Assembly (NCBI GenBank): GCA_910592345.1
Contig: CAJVPI010000224.1
Location: 1-41,151 of the forward strand
Source: Paraglomus brasilianum
Taxonomy: Eukaryota
DNA length: 41,151 nucleotides
Reading direction: 5' to 3'
Shown here: in pieces, positions 12,587-26,547 of the stretch
Position numbering within the stretch: position 1 is the first letter of the stretch
Layout of the letters: every line of letters starts with the position of its first letter
Notes under the pieces: model-generated
The model's input: only the letters and a program-made list of their open reading frames with translations
Databases searched by the model: none
Told to the model about the DNA's origin: nothing
Position numbers and translations under genes: made by a program

Positions 12587-13875
12587 ATGGAGAAAATCAG
12601 CAAGCACAAACCTACACTCTCAGTAATGTCCATACTGTCAACAACCGATCCAAGCATACTGTTTGCAAACAACGATGCCGAAATAGAATCTAATTTCGTA
12701 AGCCGTTCGACACAAATATCGGCATCGTTACTGGATCCGATCAAGGCGGCAATGACCCCAGAAAACTTTTCTGAAAATTTTGTAGAAATCAATGGAAGAC
12801 TTTTCATGAATGACAGTACATTGAAATGTTTTCTACCTAGCGATAAAGAGGAAGCTAAAAGGTCATTCGACCGTTACTACATAGACAAACTCATCTGGGG
12901 AAATGACTACTCTGCTCCCATCTTTGATAGATTGTCACATGGTGCAAAGGTTCTTGACGTCGGGTAAGTATATTATTTCTATGCACTGGATAACCGATAC
13001 CAAATTTCCATTTATTTATTTATTTACGTCAACTCTCAGATGCGGTTCAGGAGCATGGATAACAAACATGGCCCTGAACTATCCTGCCTCAACATTTGTT
13101 GGAATAGATGTCGCTCCTTTATTTCCTGATGTCATTCCGCACAACACAGCATTCCTTCAATGTAACATCGTCAATGGTCTACCATTTCCCGATAATTGTT
13201 TTGACTTTGTCAGGCAGGGATTTCTCATAATTTGTATGGATTGGCAAATATGGAAGAAAAAAGTGATAAAAGAATTAATAAGAATAACAAAACCTGGCGG
13301 ATATATCGAAATTATGGAAACAGATGGTCAGTTTCTCCAGCCGGGAAAAATAGCGAGGAGGGTTAACCATAATCGTAAGTTGTTTGACGTTAGAAATTGT
13401 TGGCAAAGCATTTAAACCCATTTGTTTATTTATCTAATCACTTTTCCCTTCTCGTGAGTGCAGAGTCGACACTTTTCAAAAATGCTGGAATTAATTTTGT
13501 CTCTAGCAAAAACGTCATGACAGTATTTAATTCGCTCAACAATGCTGTTACCGTCGCACCGATAGAGGAAAAACCTCGACAATTTGGAACCCGAGCTGGG
13601 AAACTGGGAGAAATCGTAAGCAAAATTTACATTAATATTTTGACAAACTGCACAAGTCCAATTACAATGTCTGATTACTCTTGTCTATCTAGTCATTAAA
13701 AAATTTCACACAATCATTTAAATCACTGAAAACTATTCTCTGTCCTCACTTTGGATTTACGAGTGACGAATTTGAACAAATGACGATGGACCTGGCGGAA
13801 GAACTTCGTCGATGCAATAGTAGTGTAAATAATTATCGTGTTACTGCAAGAAAACATGTGAAATACGTAGAGTAG
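12587..13875 (+). CDS. Class I SAM-dependent methyltransferase, LaeA-like (copy 1, most divergent), 348 aa
   Basis: Exons 12587-12963, 13040-13374, 13464-13615 and 13693-13875, all GT-AG and in frame. Motif I VLDVG|CGSG is split by intron 1. Other motifs: FVGID, GLPFPDNCFDFV, LIRITKPGGYIE. Confidence 0.92.
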
Positions 13876-16128
13876 CAAAACTTTTAATTATATATATTAA
13901 TAATTTTCAACCGCTCGCTTCTAATCTTTTTAAATTCATGACATGCGGGACATGTTAGCGAACACAACTAGAACTCTTTTTAAAATAGACAGACTATTGA
14001 ATAGTTAAAGAAAAAGGGCAGAGTCGAGAAACATTTTACCCAAATGTGTATAGTATCCATGGATTACCTAAATAAACTTGTAAAGTTATAACTTTGAAGT
14101 TTAATAAAATGAGCTTTAATTTGATCTGATCATCAAAACGAAACGGTACACCAATCAGCAACGAAGGAGATAGTGAATTTATCCATTAGTAAACAGAACA
14201 TACTCGCTTGCCAATGTAACATTAAAGACAAATTCTAGCCATTACTGACTTTTGATCAAAACCCTTGTCTTTATTATTATAGGTGCTAACCATTGTATTC
14301 TAATAATTTTATTAATTAATTGCTTGATTTTTGGTCCATTAGTAAACTAATATTAATTCGCATGCTCGGGTGCATTATGGTCTTTGGTTTTTATTACATA
14401 ACGGATCAAAGTTGACTAAATACTGGAAATAGCACACGATATTAGCATTAATATGCTAAACTAAATTCTGTGCCTGGCCGGAAAATATAAATACTCAAAT
14501 ATTTTGTCTTGACACAAGGATAACAATAATAGCGCCAATAGAGACTCGCCCAACCTGATGCCAATGGTGTAAACAAATAAAGAACGCAAAACTCCAACCT
14601 GATGCCAATTGCTGAACGACCTCAAAGTTGTTCGACTCATGATAATATCCCCGTTAAGTTGTATAAAAATAGCAACATTAGTTTATTTCTTCCCAGTCTT
14701 ATAATTTAATAGATACCAAGCTTGAAAAAATTTGTCAGTTTAAATAAGTGTTACATTCAATATTACCACGTACTGTATATCCAGCTTAAACCCCAGATTA
14801 TGCTCTTTTGTACTTATTTTTCAAGAAGTTTAGCAACCATTTCGTCATAGAATATAATTAGTAAGTTCTTATTATTGCCGCGGTTGCATACCCGTATTAC
14901 TAAGTGACTTTCGTTACATAAAACTTTGCAATTAGTGAACATTTCAATTCATGATAATATCGAATAATCAATGAATGTGTCTACAGTTTTATATTCAAAG
15001 AATTCTGACATGCATCCGGAACAACTAGTCCGGTAACAACAGAACTATAATTTAGTGAAGAAGACAAGTTTGTTTGGAAGATAAATTCAAACTTGTGCAA
15101 GTCTTTACAGTATTCGCAAGACTCGGTTGATAATACACAAATGAGTTGTATGACGGCGTATGTACTAATTTGGATACTTGTGTTTGATGTAGCATTTTAT
15201 TGATTCGTACTAATTTAAGCAAGATCGATGTCGCTGTACGAACCATGGGAAACAGTGCGTAACACAAATTCTACGACCAAACTTAAATTGTTTCTCTGTA
15301 AAGGCATGGAATGGAGTCTTTATCTTCTATTTGGTTATGTAGACAGACGAAAATATTGAATATCAGTCGTATTCTCAAACCGATTAGTAACTGTATGATA
15401 GATATGACAATTGATTTGTGCAATACAAGCTTGATATCGTGCACATCCTTCCTCGTCTATTATCATTCGCACAATATACACATCACATATGTCTTAAGGA
15501 GGAAGAATAGAGAGTGCGGGTGTTTTCTTTTCTCAAGACAGTCGAAAAGGGTAATAACCTGCATAAGAATATTGGGTGTAAACTTATTTTTAATTGACAC
15601 TTACTATCATTGGTGTCCTTTATTTGACACTACAATTACTACCATTGGATGAGGCGGATAAACAGAGAACTAAAAGTTTACCATCATGTTGTACTTTATA
15701 TAAATCGTAGTACAGTTGATAATTTCTCCGCCGTATTATAGGACAAAATCCCCGAACCCTTAATTAGTGACATCACATGGGCAATAATCCAAACTTAAAA
15801 TTCGCTTCAACTGTTTTCCTAACAGAGTTTTTTTGCTACAAAGACTTAATTATCAACTTGATGGAAAGAACAAGCAGGAAAAACGATTACACACTTTACC
15901 GATCAAGCCGAGGCGTAATCAAGCTTAAATAACGTATTGTAATCTGCGTGTCTGTTCTGTCCGCTCCATAAATTCAACTCGTTTTTATCAAAGTTTCCCT
16001 TATTCAAATACTTACCAATAATGCTAACCCCAACTTGCATCACATCATAATGTGACAGCAGCACTCTTATGTAACATTACTTTCAACTTAAAAGACCTCG
16101 GCACATATATATCTCATTATCATTCAAA

Positions 16129-17417
16129 ATGGATAGGATACGTACGAACAGACCCACTTCCTTAAAAATGTTCAATGGCTCAGACACCGATTCGGGCATA
16201 TCATATGAGAGCACTGAAGATGAAACAGAAGTCAACACTCCACTGTATTCGCTTTCCCTAATAGATCCAATTAAGGCTGTTATGAAACCAGAAAATGTGC
16301 TAGAAAAGTTTGTAGAAGTCGGCGGAAGACGTTACTTGAACGACAATACAGTTAAATGTATTTTGCCCGCTGACCAAGAAGAAGTAAAAAGGGCGCACGA
16401 CCAAAATTACGTAGAAAAAACTATATGGGGAAATAGCTACTCTGCTCCCGTTTCCGAAAATCTATCATTAGGAGCAAGTGTTCTCGATGTTGGGTAAATA
16501 CATTTAAATTGATTATTATACTGTATATATACATTCTGGATCGTATTAGGTATTAATGATTTCTATAACTATACCAGTTGTGGCGCAGGAGCATGGATAA
16601 TGAATATGGCCTTGGAATACTCTGCTTCAGTATTTGTTGGAATAGATGTCGTTCCTGTATTCCCCGAAGATCATCCACCCAATTCGATATTTCTCAAGTG
16701 TAATATCCTGAATGGTCTACCGTTTCCAGATAACACATTCGATTTTGTTCGACAACGATATCTCTTATACACTATCGATTGGCAAGCATGGAAAGAGAAA
16801 GTGGTAAAAGAATTAATAAGAGTAACTAAGCCCGGAGGATATATCGAAATTATGGATGTATACTGCGAAGGTATAAATCCGGGGATAATATGCCAAAAGA
16901 TTGACACTAGTAGTAAGTATCTGATGAATCGTACGCATATGCGGATGCGGATGCGGATGCGTTTTTGAGTGTGTAGCTTGCCTCGCTAACCCTGATTACT
17001 TTTTCTTTTATTTAAAATTGTAGTATTAGAACATCTTCGTAAAACCGGAATTAACCCAACGGCCGGTTTGGACGTAATAAAAACATTTAACGAGTTTAAG
17101 GATGAAGTGATTGTAGCACCCATGGAAGAAAGAACATACTGTCTTGGGAAGAAAGCAGGTAGAATAGGTGAAGCGGTAAGTATAGTAAACAAAGTGTATA
17201 AAAAGTGCCCATAACAGACATCTATAATTAATTAATGTTTTGCTGCTAGACATTGAAGTATACCGTGGAGGCATATAAAGCAATGAAAATTATTTTCACT
17301 CATATTATGAGGATTACAGAAGAAGAGTTCGAACAGATGTTGACTGATTATGAGAAGGAATGTAACGAAGTCACGCTCTGCAAAACACGATATCGTGCCA
17401 TTATTCAAAAGCGTTGA
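16129..17417 (+). CDS. Class I SAM-dependent methyltransferase, LaeA-like (copy 2), 339 aa
   Basis: Exons 16129-16493, 16578-16912, 17024-17175 and 17250-17417. Motifs VLDVGCGAG, GLPFPDNTFDFV, KPGGYIE. Ends QKR*. Confidence 0.92.
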
Positions 17418-17509
17418 ATGCGCACGAAGGTTAACTTTGGTTTTTATTTACATATTATTTTAACATGCTTGCTGAATCTTTGTAAAATTGTACAATAAAT
17501 TTGTGTCGT

Positions 17510-17537
17510 GTTACAGCTTGTATATGTATTTATCATT

Positions 17538-17581
<44 letters not shown>

Positions 17582-17602
17582 TACTATTACTATTATTATT
17601 AT
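17510..17602. repeat. (TTA/TCA/CTA)n trinucleotide microsatellite in the 3' flank of copy 2
   Basis: About 30 imperfect triplets. A shorter homologous tract lies at ~21548-21590 after copy 3. Confidence 0.9.
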
Positions 17603-20141
17603 TTAAAAATGGTAATTTAAATTTGAGGGTAATTTGCCGATGGTTTAAAAAAACAAACGAGTTCCTGCAGCATCCTTGAAAATAACTTTGGGCACCCTCA
17701 CACTACGATATAAAATTAGATATAAAATAAATTAGATTCATGTTTGGTTTTATTTTCGTTAATTACATAATCAAGGCACGTAATATTATAAAAATGCAAC
17801 TTTACTCGCTATGCTTGTCTCTTGGGTAGATAATTAACGAACATTCTCAGGACAAAGCAGCACAATTGGACAATGGCTTTTTCAGGTATATAAACTTTTT
17901 CATAAATACACGTATGTGTCAATCTGTAACATGGCGACGATTGATAGTGAGAACGTCTCAGGTTACCTTTTTTTTATAAATAACATTAGATCAAGAACAT
18001 GACCAAGAATTACTAATACGACCAATAGATGTTCAACTGAGAAAAAAAATTAGAAATTTAATATAAGTTAATATTAACAAAAACTATTTTAGTTAAAAAT
18101 GTTGGTTTCGGCGTACTTATTATGAGCTTGTTTTTGCATGCAAACTGAGAGATTACACAATTGAGGAATTAAGTTCATAATAAAGTAAGACTAGCAAAGT
18201 ATAAAGGAACAAATTAAGAGTATCACATAGACTCACCCGGTATTTGAATTCTTCTAAAGTTGCCATATTTAATGATAATAGAACCTCGTTATCCAAAGGT
18301 TTTTAGGAAAGAAAGACCAATACTCTGACTTTTTTTCATAAATTAAAGATATATATTCCACAATTTTTATAGTTTCCTTCTGTGGCAGCCTCGAAAGAAA
18401 ATTGATTAATGACAAGAATTGTTGCAAACTGGCAAGAGTTAGTTTCCATTTCGCCACCCAACATTATGTTCTGTACAAAGTGCTTGTTAAATCGTCCTTT
18501 TTGTGGGGGGTTTAAACGTAGTTAGCTTAGAGCGTGTTTCTTCTGTAACAAACAAATTTCGTTACACAACATCTCACCAAGTAGCCGAGTATTTACCGAC
18601 TGGATAGCCGAGAAATGCGGTTAAAAGATGTTTTTATTATCCGAAATAGAGGAAAGTCCGCATATATTAATAAACGAATTAATTGTTGCCAAGAAATATA
18701 ATACTTATATATTGTTTGTATTCAAAGTTTCGTATCGGGATTTAACGCACATACCCACATATTTGTAACAATTGTAACAATAATGAAGTTTGAACTGTCT
18801 TATAAAAATTGATATATCACTCATCCTATGTCGATATCGAGCTACCAATACCATTGTAAATTGATACTGTATACTGGCTTGAAAAATTCTTGCAATAAAA
18901 TTTCCACGACATGGCGGTTTTTCTTCATCTGCGTCTCAACTCCTCGTGGATAAGAGTTTTTCATTAAAAAACAACAACAACAACAACAACAAAACACTAA
19001 GGATAAACCAAATATAGATAAATAGTAATTTGATAAAGCATTCTGTGTACCCAATACAAAACTTGAGTATATCTTTTCTTCTTTTCTCGATGAGAAAATT
19101 ACCGATGATGAATGGGCTGAAATAAGAATGTTCTTGATGATTAAATGGTTTTTTTTTTTTTTTTAAAAAAATGCAAAAATTTAACTCGTTGATGAGATTT
19201 GAAAGTTGGGAAAACGAATAAATAGCTGAATTAAAAAGGTATGTTTGACTACTCAACTAATTGATGTATATATACTACATTAGTATACCACAATTTAGCA
19301 AGATCGACTTTTGCTGCACAAACCAAATACAGTGACACTGCTAGATAACATCTGCAGATAAATACCAAAGTGCGTAACCAAACAATTTCCTACTAAAGGA
19401 ATGAAGTGAGTGTTTATTTTCACATCTCAGAATATGATCATCATCATATTAAACTTTGTCCATTGAGGCAGTTGCTTAGGTAAGCATTCTGTATGATAGA
19501 TATAGTAATTGATTCGTGCAATATCTTCCTCGTCTTTTATCATTCACACAATATACCCGGTTTTCAGAACATTATATATAGGATAAAGAATAGAAAGCGT
19601 GAGCGTTTCTTTTTCTTAAGATAATCGATAACCTGTTGTGGGTATTGGGAGTGCCTGTGGTGTAACCTACCATCACTTATTTTTAATTGACAAACTATCA
19701 TTGGTAGAACGCAATTACAATTACTACCATTGGACGAGAGCTAAAAGTAAATAGTTTTACTATCACGTTGTGCTTTATAAATAGTAGTGCATGTTTATAG
19801 TATAGGACAAAGCGTCCGAGGATTTAATTAGTAACACATTACTTGGCAAATAATCCCAACTTAAAATTCGCATCAACTGTATGCCAGTTTTCCGATTCTT
19901 GAAGAGTTTTTTGCTACAGACTTCATACGATTTAATTTTTTAGACTTGATAGAGACTTTATCGAATATGTATTGTAATTTGCGTGTCTGTGGGTCTCGTA
20001 ACATTTAAAATATTAATCAAAAATAATTACTAATAATGCTACCATACTGCGTCACATCATATTGTGACAACAGCACTCTCATGTAACATTATTTTTCAAC
20101 TCCTTAAAAGAACTCCGTACACATATTTTATTACCATTCAA

Positions 20142-21442
20142 ATGGAGAAGATACGTACGAACAAACCCGCTTCCTTAAAAACGTTTAACATCTCAGACAC
20201 CGATTCGGGTATATCATATGAGAGCACTGAAGATGAAACAGAAGTCAACACTCCAACGTATTCGCCATCCCTAATGGACCCAATTGAAAATGTTATGAAA
20301 CCAGAAAATTTGCTAGAAAAGTTTGTAGAAGCCGGCGGAAGACGTTATTTGAACGACAATACAGTAAAGTGTTTTTTGCCAGCTGACCAAGAAGAAGTAA
20401 AAAGGGCGCACGACCAAAATTACGTAGAGAAAACTATATGGGGAGGTAACTACTCTGCTCCCGTTTCCGAAAATCTATCATTAGGAGCAAGTGTTCTTGA
20501 TGTTGGGTAAATACATTTATCGCGACCAAAGTTGAAGAACTTTGATCAGCAAGATATATACACTGTGCATATATATACATTCTGGACAGTCCGTATTAAT
20601 GATTCTATAACTAACCAGATGTGGCGCAGGAGCATGGATAACAGATATGGCCTTGGACTACCCTGTTTCGGTATTTGTTGGAATAGACATTATTCCTTTA
20701 TTCCCCGAAAATCATCCATCCAATTCGGTATTTCTTAAGTGTAATATCCTGAATGGTCTACCGTTTCCAGATAACACATTCGATTTTGTTCGACAAGGAT
20801 ATGTCGTAATCAGTATCGATTGGCAAGCATGGAAAGAGAAAGTGGTGAAAGAATTAATAAGAATAACTAAGCCCGGAGGGTATATCGAAATTATGGATGT
20901 ATACCGCGATCCTACAAATTCGGGAATAATATGTCAAAAGATTGACTCTTATTGTAAGTATCTATGAATCGTATGTATCAGTATGCGTATGTTTTGAGTG
21001 TGTAGCTTACCCCTCACTAAACCCGGCTACCTTTCCCCAATATTTAAATTGTAGTAATGGAAAATTTTCGCAAAGCCGGAATCAACCCAGCGTCCGGTAC
21101 AGACGTAATAAAAACATTTAATGAATTCAAGGATAAAGTGATTGTAGCACCCATAGAAGAAAGGACATACTATTTTGGGAAGAAAGCAGGTAGAATAGGT
21201 GAAGCGGTAAGTAAAGTGTATAATATTTAAGGAAAAAAGTGCTCATAACAATTAATTAACGTTTTGCTGTTTAGACATTGAAATATACCCTGGAGGCATA
21301 TAGAGGAATGAAAATTATTTTCGCTCATATTATGGGGATTACAGAAGAAGAGTTCGAACAGATGTTGATTGATTATGAAAAGGAATGTGATGAAGTCATG
21401 TCCCACAGATCACGATACCGTGCCATTATTCAAAAGCGTTGA
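20142..21442 (+). CDS. Class I SAM-dependent methyltransferase, LaeA-like (copy 3), 339 aa
   Basis: Exons 20142-20506, 20619-20953, 21055-21206 and 21275-21442, with the same exon lengths (365/335/152/168) and motifs as copy 2. Confidence 0.92.
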
Positions 21443-21553
21443 ATGTGTATTGCAGACTTTGGTTTTTATTTACATATTTATTTTGCTGAATCTTTGTAAA
21501 ATTGTACAATAATTTTGTATTGTGTTACAGCTTGTATATTTATATGTATTATT

Positions 21554-21588
<35 letters not shown>

Positions 21589-24182
21589 TTAATTTAAATT
21601 TGAGGGTTATTTTGCCTAGATTTAAAAAACAGCGTGTTGTTTGTTTTGATTTTTTTTTTAAAAAAAAAAACGATACCTACAACATTCTTGAAAACAACTT
21701 GGACACCCTCACAACGTACAATATAAAATTAGATATAAAATAAATTATATTTATGTTTGGTTTTATTTTTGTTAATTACATAACCAAAGGCACATAATAT
21801 TGTAAAAACGCAACTTTACTCGCTATATGCTTGTCTCTTGGGTAGATAATTAATTACAGGTTAAAAAACTATTTTAAACAACAGAACATTGCAATAACTA
21901 AAATGGCAAAAATGCAAGTTTCTGATTAAATAATGTTTTTAACGAACCTTCTTAAGCGACACAATTGGACAATGATAGGCTTTCTCAGGTATATAAACTT
22001 TGCATAAATACACGTATATGTCAATCTGTAAGCATGGAGACGATTGATAGTGAGAATGTCTCGGTTTGCCTTTTTTTATAAATAATATTTGATTAAAACA
22101 TGGACTAGGAATTACTATTATGTCTACAATAAATGTTTGACTTAGAAATCTAATATAGGTTAACAACAACTATCCCAGTTAAAGATGCAGGTTCGGCGCA
22201 TTTATTGTAAGTTTGTTTTTGCATGCAAGCTGAGAGATTACACAATTGAGGATTTTACATAAATTAAGTTCACGATAAAGTAATAAGGGACAAATTAAGA
22301 GTATCACATAGACTCACCCGGTATCTGTATGCTTTTTCAAGTTGCCATTCAATGATCATAAAACCTCGTTCAACGTTCTGCACTCTGGAAGGTTTTTAGA
22401 AAAGAAAGACCAATACCCTGACTTTTAAAAAAATTTTTCATAAATTAAAGATGCCTATTGCCATTTTTATAGTTTCCTTTTGCGACAGCCTCGAATTGTT
22501 GCAAACTGGAAAAAGTTAGTTTTCATTTCGTCACCCAACTGTTGAATCGTCCCTTTTTTGGGGGGGTGGTTAAACATAGTTAGCTTAAGAGCGTGTTTCT
22601 CACCAAGGTGACCGAGTATTTACTGACTGGATAGCCAAGAAATACAGTTTTTATTGGTATACCGAATCCGAAATAGAGGAAGTCTGCACATATTAATAAA
22701 CAAGTGAATTACAAATTAATTGTTACCAAGAAATATAATACTTAGTATTCAAAGGTTTGTGACGGGACATCACGCACATACCCACATATTCTAACAATAA
22801 TGAAGTTTGAACTGTTATACCATGTCGATATCAAACTACCAACCAATACTCATTGTAAATTGATACTGTATACTGGTTTGAGAAATTTTTGCAATAACAT
22901 TTCTTACAACATAACAGTTTTCCTTTATCTGTGTCCCACTTTTCGTGGAGAAGAGTTTTTCACCAAAAAATTATACTCTGAAACTCGTGTAAATTATGGC
23001 TTTATGTGACCAAACACTAACGGCATACGCATTGACCACATTGTTAAGCAACAAAAAAAATACTAGGGATAAACCAAATACAGATAAATAGTAATTTGAT
23101 GAAATATGCTGTGTATCCAGTATAAACTTAAGTATATGATCTTAGATTGGTATGCTAATGTATCTTTAATTAACATACATTATCAAATTAGTTTGGTTTT
23201 GTTGATAAGTAGTCAAATAATTTTTTAATCAGCTATTCGTTTCCCCCAACTTTTAAATCTCGTCAACAAGCGTTCACGAGTTAAATTTTTGCATTTTTTT
23301 TTAAAAAAAAATTTAATCATCAAGAACATTCTTATTTCAGCTCGTTCATCATCGGTAAATATCCTCATCGAGAAAAGAAGAGAAGGCGACTTTGCTTGCA
23401 CAAACCAAATACAGTAGCTGCTAAATAACATCCGCAGATACCAAAGTGCGTAACAAAACAATTTTCTACTAAAGGAATGAAGTGTGTGTTTATTTTCACA
23501 TCTCAGAATATGATCATCATCATATTAAACTTTGCCGACTCACCCCATGAGACAGTTGCTTAGTTATCATTAGGTAAGCATTCTGAGTAGGACTGTATGA
23601 TAGATATAACAAGGCATAGTAATTAATTCGTGTAGTACAAGCTTAATATCCTGCAAATCCTTCCTCGTCTTTTATCATTCACACAGTATACCCGGTCCTC
23701 AGAACATTACATATGTGGTAAAGGATGAAGAATAGAAAGCGTGAGTGTTTCTTTTTTGTGGGAGTGGGAGTGTCTAGACAAAATACCTGAGAACTTAATT
23801 AATTAGCAACATCACATGGCAATTCGTATCAACTGTATTGCAGTTTTCCTAACAGAGTTTTTTGCTACAAAGACTTCATGCGATTAAATTTTTTTAAAGA
23901 CTTTATCGATCAAGCCAAGCTATCAGCTTAAACGATGTATTGTAATCTGCGTGTCTGTGTGTCACTTTGAATTCAACATAAATGCCACGACGTTAAGTAC
24001 AACTCGTCTTAAGGTATTACGTAATGATTAATCGAAGTTTCGTTGGTACATTGTACATTATTATTCAGATAATGTTAACCGTACTTGCGTCACATCATAT
24101 TGTGACAACAGCACTCTCATGTAACATTACTTTTCAACTCCTTAAAAGAACTCCGTACACATATATCTCATTATCATTCAAA

Positions 24183-25472
24183 ATGGAGAAGATACATACA
24201 GACAAACCCGCTTCCTTAAAAACGTTCAACATCTCAGACACCGATTCGGGCATATCATATGAGAGCACTGAAGATGAAACAGAAGTCAACACTCCAACGT
24301 ATTCGCCATCCCTAATGGACCCAATTGAAAATGTTATGAAACCAGAAAATTTGCTAGAAAAGTTTGTAGAAGCCGGCGGAAGACGTTATTTGAACGACAA
24401 TACAGTAAAGTGTTTTTTGCCAGCTGACCAAGAAGAAGTAAAAAGGGCGCACGACCGAAATTGCGTTGACAAAACTATATGGGGAGGTAACTACTCTGCT
24501 CCCGTTTCCGAGAATTTATCATTAGGAGCAAGTGTTCTTGATGTTGGGTAAATACATTATCGCGGCTAAATTGAACAAAAAATATATACTGTACATATAC
24601 AAGTTTCTAGACCGCTCGTATTAACGGTTTCTATCGCTATAACTAAACAGTTGTGGCGCAGGAGCATGGATAATGAATATGGCATCGGACTACTCTGCTT
24701 CAGTATTTGTTGGAATAGATGTCGTTCCTGTATTCCCCGAAGATCATCCACCCAATTCGATATTTCTTAAGTGTAATATCATGGATGGTCTACCGTTTCC
24801 AGATAACACATTCGATTTTGTTCGACAAGGATTTGTCGTAATCAGTATCAATTGGCAAGCATGGAAAGAGAAAGTGGTGAAAGAATTAATAAGAATAACT
24901 AAGCCTGGAGGGTATATCGAAATTATGGATGTATACCGCGAACCTATAAATCCGGGAATAATAAGCCGAAAGATTGACACTAGTAGTAAGTATCTGATGC
25001 GTATGCGTTTTTAGTGCGTAGCTTGCCTCGCTAAATCAGGCTACTTTTCCCATATTTGAATTGTAGTATTGGAACATCTTCGTAAAGCCGGAATTAACCC
25101 AACGTCCGGTACAGACGTAATAGAAAAATTTAATGAGTTCAAGGATAAAGTGATTGTAGCACCCATAGAAGAAAGGACGTACTGTTTTGGGAAGAAAGCA
25201 GGTGGAATAGGTGAAGCGGTAAGTATGTAAACAAAGTGTATAATATTTAAGGAAAAAGTGCTCATGACAGACGTTTATAATTAATTAACGCTATTGCTGT
25301 TTAGACATTGAAATGTGTCGTGGAGGCATATAGAGGAATGAAAATTATTCTCACTCATATTATGGGGATTACAGAAGAAGAGTGCGAACAGATGTTGATT
25401 GATTTTGAGAAGGAATGTAACGAAGTCATGCCCTGCAAAACACGATACCGTGCCATTATTCAAAAGCGTTGA
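24183..25472 (+). CDS. Class I SAM-dependent methyltransferase, LaeA-like (copy 4), 339 aa
   Basis: Exons 24183-24547, 24651-24985, 25067-25218 and 25305-25472. Frame and motifs are intact. Confidence 0.92.
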
Positions 25473-26418
25473 ATGCGTACGGCAATTGACTTTGGATTTT
25501 ATTTACATATTTATTTCAACATGCTTGCTGAATATTTGTAAAATTGCGTAATAAATTTGTTTTGTTGTATATGTATTACTATTTTTTTAGAAATGATAAT
25601 TCAAATTTGAGGTTTATCTTACCGATAGTTTAAAAAACGAGTACCTACAACATCCTTGAGCACCCTCACCGTACGATATAAAATTAGACTTAAAATTAAT
25701 TAGACTTACATTCAATTTTAATTTTGTTAATTACACACATAATATTGTGAAAATGCAACTTTAGTTGCTATAATGCTTGTCTCTCGGGTAGATAATTAAT
25801 TATAATATTAAGAAACTATTTTCAACAACAGAGCATTTTGCACTTACAAAGGTAATAATGTAAAATGACAAGTCTCTGAAAATGTTTTAACAAACCTTCT
25901 TAGGACAAAGCAACACAATTGAACAATGATAGGCTTTCTCAGGTATATGTCGAGCTAGCTTACACCTGGGTGTACTAGCCGTTTTGGGATTTAGTTTTTT
26001 TCTGACGGAAGCCTTTGCTCTTCCTACTTTAAACTAAATATCAATACAATTAGTGACCTTTAAACTAGGATTTGTACTCACGATCTGTATACTATCGATC
26101 TTGTATACGTGGGCTTAACCACTTTGATTTCTCTGATGGGATTAGTCTCAGAGCCTATCAGTTCGGGGAATTATTTTATCTAAACTGTTAACAATAATTA
26201 AACAATAACCCTGAGTGCAAAAGTACTAAATAGAATTAATTGGCAAGGATTAATTCTATTTACCCGTCGACGGGAAAAGCGGTACACTTCGCCAACGATA
26301 CTAAGTATCTTTTATTAGGGAATAAACAAATAATCCTAATAGCAACGTCTTGCTGAATGATCTAAACTGAAGATTGTTCTGAAGATAATTTTTAACTATT
26401 GATTACGACTCGTATTTA

Positions 26419-26547
26419 TGTTGTATCTCAGTTGGGGACTTGTCTCAGTTCTGGACTGAGACAATTGAGTTCTGGACCGAGTGTCTGGGTTCTGGACCGA
26501 GACACTGGGTTTCCGTACGGAGACAGGTCCCAAACTCAGAGACAACA
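26419..26547. mobile_element. 129-bp MITE with TGTTG...CAACA termini and a 4-bp TSD (Ginger-like)
   Basis: 28-bp terminal inverted repeats match at 24/28 (TGTTGTATCTCAGTTGGGGACTTGTCTC vs GAGACAGGTCCCAAACTCAGAGACAACA). TTTA flanks both sides (26415-26418, 26548-26551). Internal GTTCTGGACYGAG repeats; a partial second copy lies at ~26620-26670. Confidence 0.7.

Noticed and set aside
12587..13875. Assigning the gene symbol laeA or a DNA methyltransferase function
   Set aside because: Only general class I motifs are visible; there is no DNA methyltransferase catalytic motif (PC or DPPY/NPPY), and orthology to LaeA cannot be shown without a phylogeny.
14550..14609. 16-bp direct repeat CCAACCTGATGCCAAT, two copies 44 bp apart (CRISPR-like spacing)
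   Set aside because: Only two short copies, no cas genes, and a eukaryotic intron-containing context.
16671..17283. Recurrent antisense ORFs over methyltransferase exons (also near 24744, 25041, 29845, 35351, 39403)
   Set aside because: They are shadows of the + strand coding exons and recur only because the genes are duplicated.
17488..17679. Poly-Leu ORF resembling a membrane or signal peptide (also 21522-21743)
   Set aside because: It is a translation of the TTA microsatellite.
20064..20141. Upstream ORF extensions of copies 3, 4 and 6 (from 20064, 24024, 34313)
   Set aside because: Not conserved in frame among copies; the shared ATG after CATTCAAA is the consistent start.
26441..26510. 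GTTCTGGACYGAG periodic repeats as a possible array
   Set aside because: The period is about 20 bp with no unique spacers; these are internal repeats of the small TIR element.
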